From Candidatus Latescibacterota bacterium (GTDB lineage Bacteria > Latescibacterota > UBA2968), in NCBI GenBank assembly GCA_965204375.1, contig OZ241986.1, positions 3,040,001 to 3,104,000 on the forward strand: a stretch of DNA of 64,000 nucleotides. The letters run 5' to 3'. Below, one piece after another: positions 55,798 through 64,000 of the stretch (positions are counted from its first letter, which is position 1; every line of letters starts with the position of its first letter). The translations under genes were made by a program, and so were the position numbers. A model generated the notes under the pieces. That model searched no databases. It had not been told where the DNA came from and worked only from the letters and a program-made list of their open reading frames with translations.

Positions 55798-57171
55798 ATG
55801 GGATTTGTTAAATATATCGCTGTATTGACAATTATCTTTGCCAGTGTGAATACCAGTGCTCAGGAAGAGCGGAAGGAAATGCGCCTGACGCTCAATGAGT
55901 GTGTGGAAATCGCGCTGACGAGCAGTGCCCAGATCGAGCAATTTAAGTACACGGTTGCGATTGCTGAAACCCAGGTAGATAATGCGCGAAATAGTTTTTT
56001 CCCGACTAATTCTACGATGAACTGGGGGCTCAATAGAAGTGTTCAGGGGCCGCGTGAAGGACAAGTTCTGGATCAGACGACCGGTACTCTGGTGCAGTTA
56101 TTGGGGGAAGATCGAATTGGTGGTGGACAGAACTTCAGAATTGGTGGACTGTCAATGCCGATTTATGACGGTCAAATCATTTCCCAGCTATCGAGTGCGA
56201 AAAACAGCCTGATGCAAACGCAAATGCAACAAGCTGGCAATCGCCAAACGATCATTTTTCAAACCAAGCAGCGCTACTTTCTATTGTTACAAGCCATTAA
56301 ACTATTGGAAGTCCAGCAAGAGCGCGTGCGAGTAGCCGAAGAAAGCCTGCGTCGCGCAGAAACCCTGTACGAGATTGGATCCGCGGCAATTTTACAGGTG
56401 ACGAATGCAAGATCAAATCTGGCGGGTTTGCGCGCAACCCTGATTCAGCGAGAAAATGCCGTGTTCATCGCCCAGTCGAACCTGGCATTTACAATGGGCC
56501 TGGGCACGGATGTGGATATTATTCCATCAGAAGAAGAATTTGAACTTCTGACTCCGAAATATTCTTTTACCGATGCATTGTCTATAGCCCTTAAAGAACA
56601 CCCCGACATTCTGGGTAGCAAGTACAGTATGCTGGCGTCCCGGGACACTTATAATGCAACGAGAAAGAGTTTGTACCATCCCAGAATAACGATGAGCACG
56701 GGTGCTTATAGCTGGAGCATTGGTAAGGATGAGGAATTTGGCGGTATAGAAGACATATTCCTCAAGAACTATAACTATAGTTTTAGTATCGGCGTGACCA
56801 TGCCCCTTTTCAACTTCAATACGAGCATCAACTTGAAACGTCAAAAGCTACAGTATTTGCGCAGCCAGGAACAGTTAGATCAGGCCAAACGACAAAAAGC
56901 AGTGATCCTTCAGCAACGTTATCTCAACCTGGAGCGCTTTCGGCGTTTGATCGAAGCAAATGAAGTAGCTGTGCAAGCGGCTGAAGAAAATTTTAAGCTG
57001 GAAGAAGAGCGGTATAATTTTGGCGGGGGAACTTTTCTCGAGCGATTGACCGCTCAGCGCGATTTGTTTGATGCGCGCAATAATCTGGTGCAGTCAAAAT
57101 ACAACTATTTGATCGAAATGGCGAATTTGGAAAACGAAGTCGGCACACCTGTTGTCGGAAATCCTGAATAA
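55798..57171 (+). CDS. TolC-family outer membrane efflux protein
   Basis: Signal peptide, LTL.EC...AL, two OEP repeats and P.F; follows the RND gene. Confidence 0.88.
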   Translation: MGFVKYIAVLTIIFASVNTSAQEERKEMRLTLNECVEIALTSSAQIEQFKYTVAIAETQVDNARNSFFPTNSTMNWGLNRSVQGPREGQVLDQTTGTLVQLLGEDRIGGGQNFRIGGLSMPIYDGQIISQLSSAKNSLMQTQMQQAGNRQTIIFQTKQRYFLLLQAIKLLEVQQERVRVAEESLRRAETLYEIGSAAILQVTNARSNLAGLRATLIQRENAVFIAQSNLAFTMGLGTDVDIIPSEEEFELLTPKYSFTDALSIALKEHPDILGSKYSMLASRDTYNATRKSLYHPRITMSTGAYSWSIGKDEEFGGIEDIFLKNYNYSFSIGVTMPLFNFNTSINLKRQKLQYLRSQEQLDQAKRQKAVILQQRYLNLERFRRLIEANEVAVQAAEENFKLEEERYNFGGGTFLERLTAQRDLFDARNNLVQSKYNYLIEMANLENEVGTPVVGNPE

Positions 57172-57186
57172 TACGGAGGCAAGTTT

Positions 57187-57645
57187 ATGAGTATGTTTTA
57201 TCGAACTGGTATGGGATTGGTTGTGGTTGCCTTGCTCTTGAGCACGGCTATACCTGCCCAGGCTGTGGGCAAAGATTTTTTGATGCGATCAAAATTTCAC
57301 AGCGCGATGATGCTGGGCCTGGGCGGCGTACTTGTTAAGGAAGCATTTGATGCAAAAAAAGAGGCCAATGATGCTTATGATCTTTACAAACAAGCTGGCA
57401 CCTCTGCATTAGCACGAGAATTTTACGATAATTCCAAGCGTCATGACACCCGCGCTATGGTGTTGGGCGTTGCCGGTGGCGCAGCGATTCTTTTTTCCGT
57501 GCATCTATTTTTAAAAGAAGATGAGAGTGGTTTGCCTCCCCCGAAGATGGATCGGGGCATTGTGAACATCAAGGGTGTGGCAGTAGATATAAAAGGCGAT
57601 GTGTTTCAGAGAAAGATGCAGGTTCAGATAAAAAAAGGGTTTTAA
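57187..57645 (+). CDS. Hypothetical exported or membrane protein
   Basis: Signal peptide (AQA), two hydrophobic segments, terminal Phe; RBS GGAGG. Confidence 0.6.
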   Translation: MSMFYRTGMGLVVVALLLSTAIPAQAVGKDFLMRSKFHSAMMLGLGGVLVKEAFDAKKEANDAYDLYKQAGTSALAREFYDNSKRHDTRAMVLGVAGGAAILFSVHLFLKEDESGLPPPKMDRGIVNIKGVAVDIKGDVFQRKMQVQIKKGF

Positions 57646-57660
57646 AAGAAAAAAAATAAA

Positions 57661-57698
57661 AAAAGGGTCAATGCTCGCGTGAGTGTTGACCCTTTTTT
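57661..57698 (+). terminator. Intrinsic terminator
   Basis: AAAAGGGTCAATGCTC / GAGTGTTGACCCTTTTTT. Confidence 0.7.
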
Positions 57699-57725
57699 GC
57701 ATGGTATTTGTGGAGGGCGTTTGAC

Positions 57726-58220
57726 ATGCCATCGGGAAAAACACATACGCGGATTGATCTTTTTCTACTGGTAATCATTATCGGCATAGGAGCCTGCTTT
57801 TGGGGGCCCCTCGTCGAATATTTCGGACGCGATGAAATGGTCGAATACGGAACTGTTTTTGTGGTTGCCTACTTATTTGGCACGTTTTTACTATCGCCCG
57901 ACCTGGACTTAAAAGTCAGTGACCCATTGAAAAACTGGGGGATTTTGCGTTTGCTGTGGCGGCCTTATTCTCATATTTTCAAACACAGAGGGCTTTCTCA
58001 TACGCCGATTGTGGGCACCCTGACCCGGGTGCTTTATATTTTCATAGTTGTGTACGCAATCGCAGCTATAGCCAACGCATTCTTTGATCTGGGTTGGAAA
58101 ATGTCGTTTGACGACTTGAAGGACATGGATCTCAAAATCGTTATATGGGCACTTGCGGGGCTGTGTTTGCCCGATCTCTTTCACATTTTGGCCGATCACA
58201 CACTTAAAAACGCCCGTTGA
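57726..58220 (+). CDS. DUF2227-family putative metal-binding membrane protein
   Basis: MPSGKTH, LSPDLD, W.PY...F.HRG.SH...GT..R and H..AD. Confidence 0.85.
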   Translation: MPSGKTHTRIDLFLLVIIIGIGACFWGPLVEYFGRDEMVEYGTVFVVAYLFGTFLLSPDLDLKVSDPLKNWGILRLLWRPYSHIFKHRGLSHTPIVGTLTRVLYIFIVVYAIAAIANAFFDLGWKMSFDDLKDMDLKIVIWALAGLCLPDLFHILADHTLKNAR

Positions 58221-58245
58221 CTTCTGGTTTAGTGCCCCTTATATT
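58217..58245 (+). promoter_or_regulatory. Sigma70 promoter
   Basis: TTGACT-17-TATATT. Confidence 0.5.
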
Positions 58246-58281
58246 GCACACCCCACAGCTCAAGGCATTAACGGAGGCGTG

Positions 58282-59112
58282 TTGAACTGGCAACGCAAAA
58301 ATTTTTCAGTGCTGGTCATTCCAGACGATGGATCAAGAACCCTGAAGTTTAAGCTCGGTTATCGCATGCTATTGGGGATAGGCTCGGGATTGGCCTTTGC
58401 CCTGTGTATGGTATTTATCGGTCTGTTTTTTTTCTGGCAGGCCCTATCCTGGAAACACACCGCGCAAACTCTTGAACAGGAAAATGAGCGTCTATACGCC
58501 GACGTTGCCCGCGTGGATGAACTGGCGCAAGTGGTAATGCGCATGCAGGTCGGAGAGCAAAAACTGCGTTCTATATTGGCAGGTCACATGGGCTTGTCGC
58601 CAATACCCGATGAAGCGCAGTACATTGAAGGATCCTATGAAATAGCAACCCTATTGGTGCAAAACAAGCCGCGTAGTGGTCTGGATATGCACTGGATTCC
58701 CGCAATCTGGCCTGTACCCCCTTCTCTTGGATGGGTGGCACGCGCATTTGAAGCGAGAGACAACAGCGTCAATGGGTTATTTCTGAGTGGCGTATTGAAA
58801 AAACGCCACTCGGGGATTGATATCGCCGCCAGTGCAGGGACACCCGTGCAGGCCACAGCCAATGGACAGGTGACATTTGCAGATTTCGATCCCGAGTTGG
58901 GACATATGGTGGTTATTGATCACGGTGGTATTTATACGACGCGGTATGGTCACAACCGCGCACTGTTGGTCAAAGAAGGAGACTATGTCAGACAAGGGCA
59001 ATACATTGCACTGGTAGGCACCTCAACGCAAAGCCGTGAACCTCATTTACACTACGAAGTTATCAAAGGGGGACGGGCATGCAATCCGCACGATTTCTTA
59101 CCTCAAAATTAG
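58282..59112 (+). CDS. M23-family metallopeptidase
   Basis: TM plus coiled coil; HSGIDIA, YGH and PHLHYEV. Start approximate. Confidence 0.9.
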   Translation: MNWQRKNFSVLVIPDDGSRTLKFKLGYRMLLGIGSGLAFALCMVFIGLFFFWQALSWKHTAQTLEQENERLYADVARVDELAQVVMRMQVGEQKLRSILAGHMGLSPIPDEAQYIEGSYEIATLLVQNKPRSGLDMHWIPAIWPVPPSLGWVARAFEARDNSVNGLFLSGVLKKRHSGIDIAASAGTPVQATANGQVTFADFDPELGHMVVIDHGGIYTTRYGHNRALLVKEGDYVRQGQYIALVGTSTQSREPHLHYEVIKGGRACNPHDFLPQN

Positions 59113-59117
59113 CGAAG

Positions 59118-59573
59118 TTGAACAAACAAGACCACGTAGAAGCCATCAATACAATTGTGGGCGAGGGGTCGGTTGTGGAAGGGCATTTTCAGATCGCCAA
59201 TAGTATCCGAGTAGATGGGACTTTTCGCGGAAAAATCATGTCTTCTGGTTCACTGATCGTCAGTACTCAGGGAGAGGTAGATGCCGATTTGATTCAGGTA
59301 AAAGATGCGGTTGTTGATGGATGTGTCAAAGGACCTCTGTATGCCTCGCACTCCGTAAGGCTCGGCCCCAGTGCTGAGGTTGATGGTGACATTACAACTC
59401 AGGTGCTGATCGTCGAAAAAGGTGCTGTATTGCGAGGGATATGCGCTGTAGCACCCAATGCTGTAGATATAGAAACGCAAGAAGATGTGGATACAGAAAC
59501 GCAGGAAGATATAGAAACACAAGAAGATGCGGATATGGAAACGCAGAAGGATATTGAGCAGGTAGCAGATTGA
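59118..59573 (+). CDS. Bactofilin (polymer-forming cytoskeletal protein) with an acidic repeat tail
   Basis: TIVG.G..V.G, IRVDG...G.I and V.GDI....L.VEKGA...G beta-helix pattern. Start approximate. Confidence 0.85.
   Translation: MNKQDHVEAINTIVGEGSVVEGHFQIANSIRVDGTFRGKIMSSGSLIVSTQGEVDADLIQVKDAVVDGCVKGPLYASHSVRLGPSAEVDGDITTQVLIVEKGAVLRGICAVAPNAVDIETQEDVDTETQEDIETQEDADMETQKDIEQVAD
59466..59549 (+). repeat. Tandem repeat (2 x 42 nt, built of 24/18-nt subunits) encoding D[ITM]ETQ[EK]
   Basis: gatatagaaacgcaagaagatgtggatacagaaacgcaggaa / gatatagaaacacaagaagatgcggatatggaaacgcagaag. Confidence 0.8.
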
Positions 59574-59590
59574 TCGACACTGCGATAGAC

Positions 59591-59623
59591 AAAAAAACGC
59601 GCGTTTATGATGCGCGTTTTTTT
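59591..59623. terminator. Bidirectional terminator between convergent genes
   Basis: AAAAAAACGCGCGT...ATGCGCGTTTTTTT. Confidence 0.75.
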
Positions 59624-59667
59624 GTTGCCTATTCTCGGATGGCTGCCCCCCTGATACCGAATCGCAT

Positions 59668-60963
59668 TCAGCACTTGATTTGATAACGACCATTGGGCAA
59701 AAGACGCCGTGCATTGTGTTGGCTGAGTTTGACCTCCATTAAAACATCATTGCCCTTGTAGTCCGTGTGCAAAACCTCGCCAATTCGGTAGAGTTCTGAC
59801 AGAAGTTTGCCCTCGCGTTGCGGAATTTGAACCACGAGCGTCAGACGGTCGCCCTCAAGGTGGTTGTAGATCGCCCACCGCAGGTCTTTGAGTCCATCAC
59901 CCGTCTCAGCAGAAAGCCAGACCGCGTCGGGATATGTCGCTTTTAGATATTCGCGTCGAGTCTGATCGTCTAACAGATCATTTTTGTTAAACACCATCAT
60001 AGTCGGCCTATCGGCCACATCGAGTTCCCCAAGCACCTCAATCACTGTGGCGATATGTTCTTCACAAGCTGGTTGACTGACGTCAACCACGTGGAGCAAA
60101 AGATCGGCTTCAATTGCCTCTTCAAGGGTACTGTGAAAAGAAGCGATCAGATGATGGGGTAGCTTTTTAATAAAACCAACGGTATCGGACAAAAGAATAT
60201 CGCGGTTATAACCGAGGGAGACGCGCCGCGTAGTGGAATCAAGCGTGGCAAAGAGCCGATCTTCAATCAACACATCGGCGCCAGAAAGGGCACGCATAAG
60301 GGTGGATTTGCCCGCATTGGTATAGCCGACAAGTGCTGCGCGAAAAATATCGGTGCGTTGTTTGCGGGCAACCGCGCGTTGTCTGGCAATGCGATCCAGT
60401 GCTTGTTTGAGAATCGTAATGCGACGATTGGTCGCGCGGCGATCTACTTCAAGCTGCGTTTCACCTGGACCGCGCGTACCCACCCCGCCAGTGCCACCAG
60501 TACCGCCGGCCTGCCGCGAAAGATGGGTCCATTGACGGGTCAACCGGGGCAACATATAGATAAGTTGAGCCAACTCGACCTGAGTCTGGGCTTCTCGAGT
60601 CTTAGCGCGACTGGCAAAGATATCGAGGATAAGTCGGCTGCGATCGATGATCTTAACTTCAAGCAGGGTTTCGAGATTGCGGGTTTGTGCTGGCGAAAGA
60701 TCTTCGTCAAAAATAACGACCTGTGCATCGCATTCTGCAACCTGTTCGACGAGTTCTTCGGCCTTGCCGCGACCGATGAGATACGCGGGATCTCTGTGCC
60801 CGCGTTCCTGAAGCACCTGCCTGGAAACGTCAACTCCTGCTGTATCCGCCAAAAGCCCGAGTTCGTCAAGCGTGTCCTGTGCCTCACCCAGTGAAATGCC
60901 GGGCAGCACAAGCCCGACGAGTATGCCTCGCTCAAGCGCGTGTTCTTTTGTGATATCGTACAT
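59668..60963 (-). CDS. hflX: GTPase HflX
   Basis: LSP.Q.RNLE, ILDIFA.RA, RGPGETQLE.DRR, GYTNAGKS, FATLD and DTVGFI. Confidence 0.97.
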   Translation of the reverse strand: MYDITKEHALERGILVGLVLPGISLGEAQDTLDELGLLADTAGVDVSRQVLQERGHRDPAYLIGRGKAEELVEQVAECDAQVVIFDEDLSPAQTRNLETLLEVKIIDRSRLILDIFASRAKTREAQTQVELAQLIYMLPRLTRQWTHLSRQAGGTGGTGGVGTRGPGETQLEVDRRATNRRITILKQALDRIARQRAVARKQRTDIFRAALVGYTNAGKSTLMRALSGADVLIEDRLFATLDSTTRRVSLGYNRDILLSDTVGFIKKLPHHLIASFHSTLEEAIEADLLLHVVDVSQPACEEHIATVIEVLGELDVADRPTMMVFNKNDLLDDQTRREYLKATYPDAVWLSAETGDGLKDLRWAIYNHLEGDRLTLVVQIPQREGKLLSELYRIGEVLHTDYKGNDVLMEVKLSQHNARRLLPNGRYQIKC

Positions 60964-61080
60964 AGTGATATTTCGATGGATTTTTAAGCATCGTGAGGTT
61001 TTCGGTCTGTTTTGACGTCGTCTTTAGGACATCAGTTGACCAGAGCACTATAGAAAATTTGGGCTGTATATCTTGATATA

Positions 61081-61602
61081 TCACTGTGTGATTCCTGTCG
61101 CAAGTTCTCTAACTGACACAGTGAGTCTCTGCCCAATTGCATGTGACTTTGCCAAAGTAAGAAATCCTATTTCATCGCGAAGATCTTTCAGTTTAATAGT
61201 CTCATCGCTCAGCACCTGTCCGAAAAGCTTGAACCAAAACCACCGCTTTAGAAATATACTCGTAATATGGTTTGGCACTGTCCCTATCTTACGCCACTTA
61301 GATGGAGTGCTCTTATGCATGCCAATATGCTTTGCGACCTCATAGAATGGCGTCTCGCTGACATCACAAAGAAACTCCAACTCTACGAAGCTCAGTATTT
61401 CTGAAGACCCACAGATTTGGTTGGCAATTGCTTTGTGTATTCTATCAATCTCATCCTGTGAGATTGCGACTGTCCCATCTGGCATCTTTTTAAGATGCAG
61501 TTTCGGGACAAGCCAAGTTCGACCAGCTGCCCGATACTTGTAATTTTTTTGGCATTCAACCAATCCATAATTGGAATTTATCATCTCATTAAAAAAAGTC
61601 AA
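61081..61602 (-). CDS. Hypothetical protein with XRE-like HTH (MqsA-like antitoxin architecture), possibly 5'-truncated
   Basis: LS..EL.FL......F.EVAKHIGMHKSTPSKW helix-turn-helix; AT-rich; start uncertain. Confidence 0.5.
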   Translation of the reverse strand: MTFFNEMINSNYGLVECQKNYKYRAAGRTWLVPKLHLKKMPDGTVAISQDEIDRIHKAIANQICGSSEILSFVELEFLCDVSETPFYEVAKHIGMHKSTPSKWRKIGTVPNHITSIFLKRWFWFKLFGQVLSDETIKLKDLRDEIGFLTLAKSHAIGQRLTVSVRELATGITQ

Positions 61603-61604
61603 TT

Positions 61605-62102
61605 CTACGTCTTAAAATTCGGCCTTATAATAGACGCAATCTCTTCTGCCCGTTCCCATGATACGGTCACCTTCTGCTTCAAACCCCCATCTTTCGGCTG
61701 TAAAGGGGCGATATGCGGTGGCCCACTCCCCCAGGTGCTCGACTTACGGCGCGGAACAACATGAATGTGAAAATGCGGCACTTCCTGCAAGCTGGCCACA
61801 CCGTTATTCTGATAAACCGTAATCCCATCCGGATTAAACGTTTTGGTAAGTGCCTCCGCCGCTATACGGACCGTCTTCATAATATCCCCAGCCTCATCAT
61901 CCGTCAAATCCAATATCGTCGGCGCATGGCGGCGAGGAACAACGAGAAGCTGACCGATTTCAAACTGTCTGGGATTGAGCACCGTAAGCGTCTTCTCCGT
62001 TAAATTGATAACATGCCTGTTTTCACCGCGTCCAGCAACTATTTCACAAAATGGACAGGGATCCCATGTCGGCATCTCAAACGGGGCAACAGTATCACTC
62101 AT
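61605..62102 (-). CDS. HIT-family hydrolase
   Basis: CPFC and NG..SLQEVPHFHIHVVPR histidine triad. Confidence 0.93.
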   Translation of the reverse strand: MSDTVAPFEMPTWDPCPFCEIVAGRGENRHVINLTEKTLTVLNPRQFEIGQLLVVPRRHAPTILDLTDDEAGDIMKTVRIAAEALTKTFNPDGITVYQNNGVASLQEVPHFHIHVVPRRKSSTWGSGPPHIAPLQPKDGGLKQKVTVSWERAEEIASIIRPNFKT

Positions 62103-62165
62103 TTTTTATTCTCTCTTCCCCAGTGCTTTTGTCGCACCAGCGGCATCCAGCCAAACCGCCTGTTT

Positions 62166-62639
62166 TCATCGCAATGATTTCTCAAAAGAAATAATGGTCA
62201 TTCTGTCATTAATCTCTCGCGTAACTTCTGTCCTCTTATAGCCCATTTTCTCATAAAAATAACAATTGCCTTCCTCTTGCAAAATCGTATCAAGCTCCCA
62301 GCACTCCGCATCAACAACATCCTCAACAAGCGCGATGGTATCCTGACCATATCCCTTCCCCTGATGCTCAGGGATGATAAACATGGGACTAATCCTCGCC
62401 CGTCTCGCCTCGTCGTCGTAGATAATTCTAATCGCTCCGATTTGCACACCATCAAGCATAATAAAGTAGTAAGTGGTATGGGGCTGCTTTAATCTGTTGA
62501 TAACTCGTTCAACATCTTCATTGGCCGGATTCGCATCGTAATCCCGATACTTATGGAGCAGTGGCAAAAATGACGCAACCTGAAGCCGGTGAATAGCCGC
62601 AGCATCTCTCATAGATGCTTTCTTTAAACTGATCCGCAT
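62166..62639 (-). CDS. GNAT N-acetyltransferase
   Basis: PEHQGKGYG and FYEKMGY. Confidence 0.88.
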   Translation of the reverse strand: MRISLKKASMRDAAAIHRLQVASFLPLLHKYRDYDANPANEDVERVINRLKQPHTTYYFIMLDGVQIGAIRIIYDDEARRARISPMFIIPEHQGKGYGQDTIALVEDVVDAECWELDTILQEEGNCYFYEKMGYKRTEVTREINDRMTIISFEKSLR

Positions 62640-62643
62640 AAGT

Positions 62644-63195
62644 TCACCTGTTTTTTCGCGCCTCCCATTCATCACGCAATAACCCGCACCACACCATGTT
62701 TCTAAATTCGCCTCTCAGATATTGATCCTGGCGCAAGACACCTTCACGAACCATTCCGAGCTTCTCCATGACCCGGAGAGAACCGACATTTCTCTCATCG
62801 GCACCAGCGCGAATGCGATTCAACTCTGGATAGGCTGAAAACGATTCGTCGATAACAGCACCCGCAGCTTCCGTAGTCAGTCCTTTTCCCCAAAAGCGTC
62901 GGGCAATGCTATAGCCCATTTCGCCAACGCGATGATGAAAATTAAACCCAATATCAATTCCACCAATAACCGATCCAGCGTATTCAATCGCCCAGGATAC
63001 GCGTGTTTTGCGATCCTGCAACACCTGACCTGCTACAAATTTTTCGGCATCTGCTCTCGTGTAGGGCTGGGGAACCGGAAGAAAGCGTGCCCATTCTGGA
63101 TCGGATGCGTATAACAAAACATCTTCAACATCCACAAAGCTAAACACCCTGAGTATCAACCGGTCGGTTTTAATAAGTTCCGACAGCATTTTCAT
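62644..63195 (-). CDS. RimJ/RimL-family GNAT acetyltransferase
   Basis: TDRLILR, EMGY...FWGKG..TEA and N.GS.RVMEKLGM..EG.LR. Confidence 0.92.
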   Translation of the reverse strand: MKMLSELIKTDRLILRVFSFVDVEDVLLYASDPEWARFLPVPQPYTRADAEKFVAGQVLQDRKTRVSWAIEYAGSVIGGIDIGFNFHHRVGEMGYSIARRFWGKGLTTEAAGAVIDESFSAYPELNRIRAGADERNVGSLRVMEKLGMVREGVLRQDQYLRGEFRNMVWCGLLRDEWEARKNR

Positions 63196-63206
63196 ATCTC
63201 TTTTTT

Positions 63207-63818
63207 TTAACCGACCTCATTCAACCATCTAAGAAAACTCTCGTCATTGGTGTACTGATAGGCAAACCCACCACAACCTCTGAACAACTCTGGCTCCTTG
63301 CTGCCATCTTCAATCAAAAGACTATTTCCATAGTGAATATCATCTCCCAACACTTTAAATGCAATCGGCCAGAGTGCACGCTTGTCGATTTCTCCGTAAT
63401 CGGAAGAATTGATAATCACATCAAATTTCTCGTCCAATTTATGCGATGGAATGACGACATCTGAAAAAATATCCATATTGGCAGTTACAAGCGCAGTACG
63501 TCTCCCTTGACTTCTCTGCGCCAGTGCGAAATTCAGAACTGCTTCGTTAAAATCAAGATTCCTGCACCCCAACGCCATAGTTTTCAAAACCGCAGAAATA
63601 TCCATATTTGCATGATCGGAAACAATAGCCGCAATATCTCTAAGACTCAGGGCATTCGTCATCCACATCCTGCAGATATGCCGATTGGCGAACACATGCT
63701 CTTGAATAATATCATGCCACTCAGGGCATTCAGGCGGGGATACCTTAAAATAGAGATCCGATGACAACGTAAAACCGAAGTCGAAAACAATGCACTTAAT
63801 TGATTCATAAGTCTGCAT
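63207..63818 (-). CDS. HAD-like hypothetical hydrolase
   Basis: VFDFGFTL (motif I-like), LVTAN, FD.I.NS and LLIED. Confidence 0.6.
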   Translation of the reverse strand: MQTYESIKCIVFDFGFTLSSDLYFKVSPPECPEWHDIIQEHVFANRHICRMWMTNALSLRDIAAIVSDHANMDISAVLKTMALGCRNLDFNEAVLNFALAQRSQGRRTALVTANMDIFSDVVIPSHKLDEKFDVIINSSDYGEIDKRALWPIAFKVLGDDIHYGNSLLIEDGSKEPELFRGCGGFAYQYTNDESFLRWLNEVG

Positions 63819-63823
63819 GCGAT

Positions 63824-64000
63824 TTAGTCTCTCCACTTATCACGTGGATAGGCCTGGAAGTTGAATTCTCCTCTATTGAGCGCCTCATCGAATTGCACAA
63901 GAGCCTTGATCACCTTTTTTCGGGCATCTGCCATAAATGGATTCAGCAATTGTGTCTCTCTGTATGTGGAAGGCGAGTTCGTTTTCAGGTGTTCAATCAG
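63824..64000 (-). CDS. 3' end of an unidentified CDS running off the window
   Basis: Frame LIEHLKTNSP...YPRDKWRD* is open from the window edge. Confidence 0.5.
   Translation of the reverse strand: MIEHLKTNSPSTYRETQLLNPFMADARKKVIKALVQFDEALNRGEFNFQAYPRDKWRD

Overview
A 64 kb window of a gene-dense bacterial chromosome with no rRNA, intact tRNA, CRISPR array or intact IS that I can support. Housekeeping and metabolic genes include mnmA, pheA, a LutB-like Fe-S protein, PBP1A, galU-like, ggt, Mrp, an RND-MFP-TolC pump and hflX. Two PhyH dioxygenases, HEAT, ankyrin and TPR proteins, an Rpn nuclease and a stand-alone MacB/FtsX-type permease suggest a sponge-associated Latescibacterota, Poribacteria or Gemmatimonadota-type genome; this is inference only. 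The most striking region is 11.9-19.9 kb. A 1600-aa Ser/Thr kinase-STAND-type ATPase-TPR-GAF-sigma54 activator fusion is followed by three copies of a palindromic enhancer-like site, an IHF-like site and a perfect sigma54 -24/-12 promoter. That promoter precedes a 59-aa peptide (one Cys in SCEPGW, then a Pro-rich and Asp-rich tail) and an RRE-radical SAM-SPASM maturase. A second sigma54 activator with no sensory domain follows. This looks like a kinase-gated, sigma54-dependent RiPP system that I cannot assign to a known family. A tRNA-like structured element lies just upstream. A second accessory block (26.6-30.5 kb) is a decaying defence island: two TA pairs, an Rpn gene with an intragenic antitoxin start, a broken HNH gene and a TGT/DpdA-like remnant. 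All product calls rest on motifs read by eye; no database searches were run.
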